From assembly GCA_051294375.1 (NCBI GenBank), contig JBJCIZ010000057.1, positions 1 through 6,599 of the forward strand: a stretch of DNA of 6,599 nucleotides, written 5' to 3'. Within the stretch, counting starts at the first letter, position 1; every line of letters begins with the position of its first letter. The notes beneath the pieces are model-generated. The model saw nothing but the letters and a program-made list of their open reading frames with translations, did not search any database and was not told where the DNA came from. Both the position numbers and the translations under genes were made by a program. This document shows, piece by piece, positions 1-6,599 of the stretch. The DNA is from Paraspadella gotoi. Its lineage: Eukaryota; Animalia; Chaetognatha.

Positions 1-1058
1 GGAGTTCTCGATCCGTAGTAAGGTCGTGGGTGATTTGGGTGGTGTAGTAAAAATGAGGTGAGCTTGTTGCTTCGACCTCGATCTTACAGCTTGGGATCAT
101 CATGGTTTCCCCTGTGAGCCGAAGGGTGAAGAGTACCTTTTGGTTTGCGTCACAGATCGGGGCACATCTTTCATAATTGTCTTTTATGCCCGGTCTGATG
201 AAGGTGCTGAGGCAATTCTTCCAGCAATTTGCTGGATTTCTTTTCACTTCCTCTGCACAAGGCGTTTTCCCGTCTCTGAGGGTGCAGTTCTTTAATGCCC
301 TTTCCTTGTCGTCGTTTGTTAGCGAGCGGATTATCCCATCTGCGCTTCTGACCATCGGACCTGTGTAGGCTCGATGCGCTCGGCAAACGGGATCTTTCCA
401 AGCCAGTATGCCGCCCGGGTATATGCATCTTTGGGCGGCCCTGTTGCAGTCGGTCTGCTTGGGGAGGTAGCTGAGATCCGTCATTCTCACTCTCTTCATA
501 GAGAGTGAGGTTGATGGTGAGCGTGGCTCTTTCCCCATCATAAGTGAAATCGTGGAAGACCAGCTTTTCGCCTGTGCAGTATCCGTCTGCGTCCGATGTG
601 CCGATTTCATGCTTAGCTTGATTTAGGCCAAGCTCNNNNNNNNNNAGAGTTAGAGGTCTCATGATTCCGGTTCGATCAGACAGCCTTATCGGGACGTTTT
701 CCAGGGAGATTCTCTCTCCATTGTGTAGAGCAAGGCATTGTGATCTGGTGAGTGAGAAGTGATCGGTGGTCTGCAGGTTTGGATATTGTATTGACCACCA
801 TCCACAGACACTTCCGACTGCTGAGATGGTAAGGTCACAGCCTTTNNNNNNNNNNTCTTCCTTGTCTGGGATGAAAACGAGTTCTCCGCGCCCTGTTTTC
901 TCCGATACTGGCTTTGGTCTTTCACAGTGATGAGGGTCGAGCAAGGTTGCTGTATGATCTGAAGTCCGGTTACAATTGTAAACCTGGACTATGTCGATCT
1001 GTTTCGCGTTTGCCAAGCTTAAGGCTAAGGCGAGCCTTATGAGATGGGTTGGAATCAT
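1..1058 (-). CDS. env: Env-like envelope glycoprotein, chuvirus/Jingchuvirales G-like; one frameshift near 485-500; runs off the left edge
   Basis: Signal peptide MIPTHLIRLALALSLANA. Motifs VYNC..LLDPHHC, C.LTI....VCGWWS, LT...C...HNG and GTSDADGYCTG...TINLTL. After the shift an open frame continues to base 2: DCNRAAQRCIYPGGILAWKDPVC...YTG...FTLRL...SCKIEVEATSSPHF. Sequons NRT, NLT and NCT. The last ~105 aa of the tracked ORF 171-1058 are out of frame. Confidence 0.8.
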
Positions 1059-1061
1059 CTC

Positions 1062-1310
1062 TAGTTTTCAAAAAAACTTTTTGGGTAAGTTGATCTTTTT
1101 AGACGGATAGTTTTTAAAAAAACTTTTTGGGTGGGTTGATCTTTCTAGAGAGATAGTTTTTAAAAAAACTTTTTGGGTGAGTTGATCTTTTTTGGAGAAA
1201 TAGTTTAAAAAAACTTTTTGGAGAAATAGTTTTGAAAAAAACTTTTTGGGTGAGTTGATCTTTTTAGAGAAATAGTTTTGAAAAAAACTTTTTGGGTGAG
1301 TTGATCTTTT
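1062..1310. repeat. 46-bp tandem array, consensus TAGTTTT(G/T/C)AAAAAAACTTTTTGGGTGAGTTGATCTTTTTAGAGAAA
   Basis: Units start at 1062, 1108, 1154, 1201 (26-bp internally deleted copy), 1227 and 1273 (lacks its last ~8 bp). The array abuts the env start codon. Confidence 0.95.
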
Positions 1311-1811
1311 TTTTTTTCTTCTTCGGTGGGAGCAATGGATATTTATCTTTCGATTGAATGATCCCTTCTTCGGTTTTTTCTTGCTTTTATATCGAGCCTT
1401 GGGATGCCGCCGTTCTTGTTGGCGTCGTTTCTTTGGCGAGGAGACCGGGCTTCCTTCTGGCGTCGTTTCTTTTTCTTTCTTTCTCTCTGTGAGGTGGAAG
1501 AGGAGGAGGAGAATGGGCCTTATTTGGCGTCTTTTCTCTTCTTCTCTTTCTCTCTGTGAGGTAGAGAGAGGAGGAGGAGAACGGGCCTTATTTTGGCGTC
1601 GTTTCTTCTTTGTTTTTCTCTTTGTTTCGGTCGCCGTTTGTTTCTGTTTCGGCGAGAGGAGGAGAGGAGAAGAGGAGGAGGACTTTGGTCGCCGTCGATT
1701 TCCGTTTCGGCGAAGCGAGGCTTTTGTTTTCTCCTTCTCTTTTTTTTGTTTTTGTTTGTGTGCCAGCTGCTTCTTTTCCAGATGTTCTTAGCCAGCTGTT
1801 GTAGATTCCAT
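1068..1811 (-). other. Candidate Lys/Arg/Ser/Pro-rich accessory reading frame between pol and env
   Basis: ACCATGG at 1811 starts MESTTAG, which stops at TAA 1790-1788. The same frame is then stop-free for 239 codons (1787-1071) until TGA 1070-1068, and is in frame with the env ATG. Confidence 0.3.
1421..1713. repeat. Imperfect repeats with alternating pyrimidine and purine tracts (~67-69 bp period)
   Basis: GGCGTC(G/T)TTT starts at 1421, 1459, 1526 and 1595. Units 1459-1525 and 1526-1594 share CTTTCTCTCTGTGAGGT...GAGGAGGAGGAGAA(T/C)GGGCCTTATTT. GGTCGCCGT...GTTTCGGCGA occurs twice (~1629 and ~1687). Confidence 0.85.
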
Positions 1812-1833
1812 GGTTTCTTTGAGTAATTTGTTT

Positions 1834-1868
1834 TTATCTAAGTTGTGTTATCTAAGTTGTGTTATCTA
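1834..1868. repeat. 14-bp tandem repeat TTATCTAAGTTGTG x2.5, giving three AGATAA (GATA-box) motifs
   Basis: Perfect copies at 1834-1847 and 1848-1861, plus a partial TTATCTA at 1862-1868. Confidence 0.9.
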
Positions 1869-1870
1869 TA

Positions 1871-1929
1871 TTTATTTTTTTTATTTTTCTATGTCTTTAT
1901 TTACAGTGGTATGACTCTGTTTATTTATT
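1871..1929 (-). terminator. Cluster of five AATAAA hexamers at and just after the pol stop
   Basis: Plus-strand TTTATT occurs at 1871, 1880, 1896, 1920 and 1924. Function is untested. Confidence 0.35.
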
Positions 1930-3200
1930 TGTTTGTCATGTGAGGCTTGAGTCGTCGCCTGTGATATTTCAAGTTCTGACCATTTATTGAGACGATATAA
2001 TGGTTCCCGTCTCGTTGTACGACCTTGTGTGGGCCTGAGTAAATCCGTTTTACTTTGTTTTCGGTCGTCGCGGTTCNNNNNNNNNNNNNNNNNNNNNGGG
2101 TAAGGACCAGATCTCCAACTTTAATCTCAGCTGTTGTTTTGTATGGGTTTCTCCTTGACGCTTGTTTGTAAAGTTTGGTTCTTTGATCCGCTAATCTCGT
2201 TTGAGCTTGTTCCTGCCTGTCGGCTCTCTTTCTGATGAAATCAACGAGATTTCTCTTTGTGAAGTCGTCGGCGGCTTCAACAATCCTCGGTCTATGTCCG
2301 AACTGGATCTCATGAGGAGACATTTCTGTCTTCCAACCGATGATGGGCGTGGCGTTTAGGAGTAACATTAGGTGAGGGAGTTGATCCAGCCACTTTCTTG
2401 GCTGGTCCTCGACAGCTTTGCGGAGGGCTTGACGTATTCTGCCTATATCCCTCTCCGCCCTATTACTGTCTTTTCTCCCCACTAAAACTCTCCTACCAAC
2501 TGTGTCGAGCAAGTCCAGTATGGAGTTCATTGCCTTTCCGTTTAGTTGTGTTGCGCCATCAAAGTTTACTTCCATATATGAGCCGTGTTGGAGAAAGATC
2601 CTTTCATCTAGTGCTTTCACTATAGTTTCAGCATCTGCGCGNNNNNNNNNNATAGCCCACGTGTATGCGGATGCATTGTCAGATGCAACTAAGGCGTAGT
2701 TAAACCCAGCTACNNNNNNNNNNTGCATTACGTCAATGCTCAGTGATTCCCACGGAGTGATAGCTAGATTTGGAGCTGATGGAGTTTCGTTGTTCCTCTG
2801 TGCATCAGTAGCTTTTGCGCAATTATCACAGTTTCTTACGCATCTTGCTGCGGCGGCTGATAATCCTGGTGCTGTGACATATTGGGCTGATATAAACGCC
2901 GTGCGATCACGGCCGGGGTGTCCATAGTGTTGGTGTATTTGTTTTATTATTTCTTCGATCTTATTTGGTGGAACAACAAACTTTGTGGTCGGGTTATTTG
3001 CTTTATAACCTTTTAATATCAGAATCGCGTTTTCGGTTATGTCAAGATCGGGAAGGACGTTTGCCAGATACTTTTCGGTTAGAGTTCTTCTCTTTTGCAT
3101 TTTTTTATTTAGTATTCTCTCGGCGTTAACCCGGTCGTTTTGTTGCAGGGCCTCTATGACGCTTTTGAACAATTCGTCTTCTTGTTGCCATTGTTTAACG
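1925..3200 (-). CDS. Integrase, uninterrupted (C-terminal part of ORF 1925-3733; the frame is open from 3919)
   Basis: HQHYGHPG...CDNC zinc finger; PWESLSID (D at 2734-2732), FDGATQL (D at 2560-2558), SNRAER (E at 2455-2453); LNATP, SPHEIQFG, VGDLVL, YSGPHKVV (GPY/F) and YHRRRLKP. Confidence 0.95.
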
Positions 3201-3442
3201 TGTTCCGCTAATGGCATGAGCTTCATTTCTTTCTTATGAGGATTTGCTGCCTCTTCTGCTATTTCTGGGGCTGAGGCATCAACGTCTGCTTCCAGTGTGC
3301 TGTCGGTCATCAACTCTTCTTTTGCACCGGGCCATTTCGACTGAATTGTTTGCACTGAGGCTTGCTGTGGTGTTATGGTCGGCGTTGGCGGCGTTGTCGC
3401 GTTGTTTGGTTCCGGCATTTGTATATGGACTAGGTCCTCTGG

Positions 3443-3960
3443 CAATGCTTCCCAGTGATGGCTGGCGACGTTTTGTCTTTTTGGCCTTCCTCTGAGCTCT
3501 GGTTTTCTCAGATTTGCTACGTTGATAGTTTGGATGTCCTCGTTTGCCGGGCGGAGGGGGCGTGTCGGATTTTCGTCACTGATGAGACTGACTTGTCCAG
3601 TTATGGTTCTGAATATTTTTATTCGTCCGACGTGGTCGGTCGGTCCGTATGTTCTTTCAAACTTACAGCCGGCCTCTCGTGTTGAGTCCTCTTCCATTAT
3701 TGTGATTGCGATGCCTGTCATTTCGCCTAACATTTCTAGCTCTGGATGACCTAAATTCCAGTCTTTGGCAGATATTGTTCTGACGAAGGCATCAGCGTCC
3801 TTCGTTTTTGGTTTTCCATATAACTTTTCTATGTTTGTTTTGATTGATGCAAATTTTTGTCGTACAAATTCGAAAAATTTTGGTTCTGAAAACTTTTGTT
3901 TCTTCTCCCAGTGTTTGGGCTACCAAGGCGAGGTGTGGTGCATGGCCTGTTATTAGATCT
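3443..3960 (-). CDS. Putative OTU-like (cysteine protease fold) domain between RNase H and integrase
   Basis: One correction at the A5 run 3873-3877 gives LVAQTLGEETKVFRTKIFEFVRQKF...DAFVRTISAKDWNLGHPELEMLGEMTGIAITIME...TYGP...IKIF...HHWEAL. This parallels the OTU pattern AQxLxG..LR..V.Y / F..Y...M...WGG..EL..LS...I.V / HY.AL. The catalytic DGNC motif is not clearly present. Confidence 0.45.
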
Positions 3961-4082
3961 AAATGTTCTGGGGTCACGTGATCTTGAACTGGGTTTTCGG
4001 CGAACCTGGCTCATAATTGCCGTCGACATCAAAGCCGCGCGGGGAAAAAGGGGTGTCGAGGGGGTGACCTGTCCTTGCTCAG

Positions 4083-4462
4083 TGAATCGTGTTAAGAATC
4101 AGCTGGATTGTCTTCGCTTTTTACTAGGATTATTTCTTTCGGTTGGCATTCTTGCCGGATCTCCGTTATCCATCTTAAGACGTTTGTCGGGAGCATTTGT
4201 TGTCGGTCATGCTGTAGATCCATTACTCTTTTAAAGTATTGGGAATCAGTTACTAAAGTTACCCTTCTTCCACACGTGTAACCCTTGAACTTTCGCACCA
4301 TCATATTAAAGCCAGGTTTCCAAGACATTGATGTGCTTGATTCGTTTCCTCTGGAAAGGATTTTGAGTGAAGAGAGGCGGATATTCGACGAGCGCCGTCG
4401 GCCGTGGCGGTGATTAGTCCGCCCATGGCGCTGGTACTAGCGTCCGCGTAAATTCGATAGAA
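4083..4462 (-). CDS. RNase H domain (frameshifted)
   Basis: Acidic motifs occur in order: YRIYADASTSAMGG (~4462-4421), HINVLE (~4336-4319), LVTDSQY, and EDNPAD followed by LTR after a 1-nt correction (equivalent to NxxADxLSR). Confidence 0.85.
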
Positions 4463-4699
4463 CCATTTCTGATTCTAGCATCATTTAAAAAGTTTAACCC
4501 TGGCAAGGCCTTGATTTCGTCGACAAGGGTTTGGAGCATCTCGATGTGTTTCTCGGAGAGCTTGAAATCTTTCTTGTCAGTAGGGTTAGGGCGTGAAGGG
4601 GTTGGGCGATGTAAGAATCGATGCGTAAAGCATCTGTAATAGAGTTTAAGGAAGCTAGCATCGCTCTGTTCCTTCTGCGTTTTGAGGGTTTGTTTTAAC

Positions 4700-5412
4700 T
4701 CGACCCGCTTGTAGCTTTTCTTTTTGTGGGAGGAGCTTGCTCTTGGAGATGCTGAAGCCAGTATCTTGATGTCTTCCTTTCTGAGGAGGACACTCTTCGT
4801 CCATTTGAGGACGACGTTTTCGTCTCGGCATTTCTGCAGTAGATCTCTGAGCCTCTGTGCCATGTCTTCGGGTGACTTGGCTGTGAGTATGAGGTCATCC
4901 ACATAGACTAAAAAGCTTTTCACGTCGTGCCAAGGTCATGGAAGATTTCGTCCAGGATTGCTTGGAGTACGTTTACACTATTTACGCCTCCCATCGGTAG
5001 CTTATTCATCCACCAGTTGTGACCTGCGCCCGCAAAGGTCGTGACGGGTTTGCAGCGCCTCGGTCAGATTGACCTGGTGGAAACATGCTAGGATGTCGAC
5101 GGAACATTGCAGCTCATGTGGCTTTATTGTTCGAGGATTGAGGAGATTGTCTGTGGTTCCGTGGCGTACGTGGAGATGTTGTTGTTGACGGAAGAGAGGT
5201 CGCAAATGAGTCGCCATTGTTTTGCGAAGGTCTCGTCGTTCATTTCGTCTTGTCCCTCGGCAATGTGGCCAGGCTTTTTTATGAGGAAGGCGTTTTGAAT
5301 AAGCTTCGTTTCTTGTGCTAGACACGATGCCAGCCTTTTCATATACTTCGAGATATCTTTTTAAGGCGGCCTTTTTGACCGGGCCTTGGTTAGCAAATCT
5401 CGGCTTGGGCAA
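4700..5412 (-). CDS. Reverse transcriptase domain (several frameshifts)
   Basis: Motifs across frames: YEKAGIV, NAFLIKKPG, WRLICDLSSVN, SVDILACFHQV, NKLPMGGVNS (~5008-4979), FLVYVDDLIL, then LLQKCRDENVVLKWTKS. Confidence 0.93.
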
Positions 5413-6179
5413 ATCTTCCGTTGTGTAACCGAGGTCAACTTTGTAATTTAGGAAGCCCTCCTTGCAATCATTTATTGTTTCTCCAAAAACGTCGCGATTA
5501 TTCCCAACACAATTTCCCAGACTAGGTGAGCCTTGTCTTGTAGGGAGGGTCTACGTCTTTGAAGGGCTTTAGGAATGCTTCCTTTCCACGGGCATCATGT
5601 TTTTGGCGCCTGTTCTGCCTGGCTTCCTNNNNNNNNNNNNNNNNTTCTTCCGTTGGTTTGTGATGAACTATCGTTGTGGCGGGGATATGGTCCTTTCTCA
5701 CCTTCCTGAGTACAGGTTTTTCGCCTGTCAGGTCCGCCTGGACTGGCTCGGCTGTTGATCCTGTTTCAAGTCCTAGTTCGGATTTCGCCTGATTGGTTAT
5801 CAAAGGTCTTGCTGTGCCCCATGGTCCTGGATAGGCGTCGAATTCGACTCCTTCTCTCAGCTGGTCTCCGTCTGCGACGTGTACTTCCTCTCCATCACAA
5901 GACTCAACTATCCATCTGGCACCAGCAAGGGTTTTCCAATACGGTTTGGTGGAAGTTAGTATGATCCTTCCTTCTATGTTCTGTTCGGCGTGAATGGGCA
6001 CCATTGTGTGTTCATCCACGTTTCCCCGGGCCAACCATCTGGCAGCTTTCAAGGCCTCATACTTGTCTCGGAACAAGTGGGTTATGGGCTTATTTCCCAT
6101 GGAGGCGACTTGGAGGTCGTGTCTTTGGTTTGATGGTTGTACCACCCACAGTTGGTCTGGAGGCCCGGGGTTGGTGACT

Positions 6180-6445
6180 GCCGTTCCTATGATGTACGTC
6201 TTTGATCATTCTCATCCGCGAGACGTAGAAAACCGTTTTTAAGGGTCCATTTTTGGAACATGATTCTTAAGTTTATCCTCTCTGTGAGAGTGATGTTTCC
6301 AGGTGGCGTTGACAGCTTGAGAGGGGTTCCGTGGTAAATTGTGTTTGGACAAATGCCCATTTTTCGATGAACTGCCCGCGGGACTGTGTTAACAGATGCC
6401 CTGTATCATACAGGCAGCTTGCTGGTGCTCCTAGCATTAACAGCT
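6180..6445 (-). CDS. Retropepsin-type aspartic protease domain (frameshifted, absent from ORF track)
   Basis: Minus strand reads LLMLGAPASCLYDTG, with DTG at 6407-6399. Adding one G gives DTGASVNTVP. The downstream YIIGT (~6197-6183) matches the hydrophobic-hydrophobic-G motif of retropepsins. Confidence 0.8.
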
Positions 6446-6599
6446 GGAATAGTAGCTGTTTTTAATCGCTGTGTGACATATTTTTGTGCTGTCGTCATCT
6501 GGGCTCAATGTCCACTTCTTATCTTTAAATGACGTTTGTTAAGTTCTCGGGTAAAGTTGGCATCTCCTTTTCATCTTTGGTAGTGTCGGGTGTTGGTTG

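Larger units (their letters stand above)
1925..6445 (-). pseudogene. pol: pol polyprotein (PR-RT-RH-[OTU-like]-IN), frameshifted as sequenced
   Basis: Consecutive minus-strand ORF pieces (5522-6145, 5002-5412, 5124-5342, 4414-4923, 4092-4328, 3792-3977, 1925-3733) carry pol motifs in the expected order and can be joined by small indels. Final stop is TAA at 1927-1925. Confidence 0.88.
1..6599 (-). mobile_element. Internal region of an env-bearing Ty3/Gypsy LTR retrotransposon (endogenous retrovirus-like element), truncated by the window at both ends
   Basis: Minus-strand domain order is PR-RT-RH-IN followed by a signal-peptide glycoprotein. The integrase has HHCC, DDE and GPY/F motifs. The RT motifs WRLICDLSSVN, LPMG and YVDD are Gypsy-like. 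No LTR, PBS or PPT is visible. Confidence 0.93.

Noticed and set aside
171-485. C-terminal ~105 aa and stop of the tracked 295-aa ORF
   Set aside because: They are out of frame. The alternative frame carries the conserved Cys/Trp glycoprotein pattern and stays open to the window edge.
1227-1290. TGAAAAAAACT resembling a rhabdovirus gene-end/intergenic signal captured with G
   Set aside because: It is on the strand opposite to the glycoprotein mRNA sense and has no gene-start motif after it.
1062-1310. CRISPR array
   Set aside because: The units are head-to-tail with no unique spacers, there are no cas genes, and the context is a eukaryotic retroelement.
1460-1760. Polypurine tract or start of the 3' LTR
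   Set aside because: The purine runs are part of the repeats and are followed by env, not by a TG-initiated LTR.
1354-1826. Plus-strand Phe/Arg-rich ORFs (1354-1791, 1593-1826, 1610-1804)
   Set aside because: These are low-complexity antisense shadows of the repeat region with no recognisable domain.
636-5644. N runs (636-645, 846-855, 2077-2097, 2642-2651, 2714-2723, 5629-5644) as biological features
   Set aside because: These are masked or uncalled bases and carry no sequence information.
2398-6242. Short plus-strand ORFs opposite pol
   Set aside because: They are 60-112 aa antisense ORFs without motifs, as expected by chance opposite a coding strand.
6523-6529. TTTAAAG (minus) as a gag-pol -1 slippery site
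   Set aside because: Gag is outside the window, the zero frame has a stop just upstream, and the local indel noise prevents frame assignment.

Overview
The whole window is the internal part of one minus-strand Ty3/Gypsy (Metaviridae-type) LTR retroelement. Gag, both LTRs and the env 3' end lie outside the window. Read right to left (element sense), it contains: aspartic protease (DTG), a dUTPase-like linker, reverse transcriptase (YVDD), RNase H, an extra ~170-aa segment with OTU-protease-like motifs, and integrase (HHCC, DDE, GPY/F). An ~870-nt structured spacer follows, with five AATAAA hexamers, three GATA repeats, a Lys/Arg-rich frame missed by the ORF track and a 46-bp tandem array. Last comes an env-like gene whose cysteine pattern resembles chuvirus/Jingchuvirales-type glycoproteins. 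PR-RT-RH and env are broken by many apparent single-base indels, which could be read errors or decay. All family assignments come from motif recognition by eye, not from database searches.
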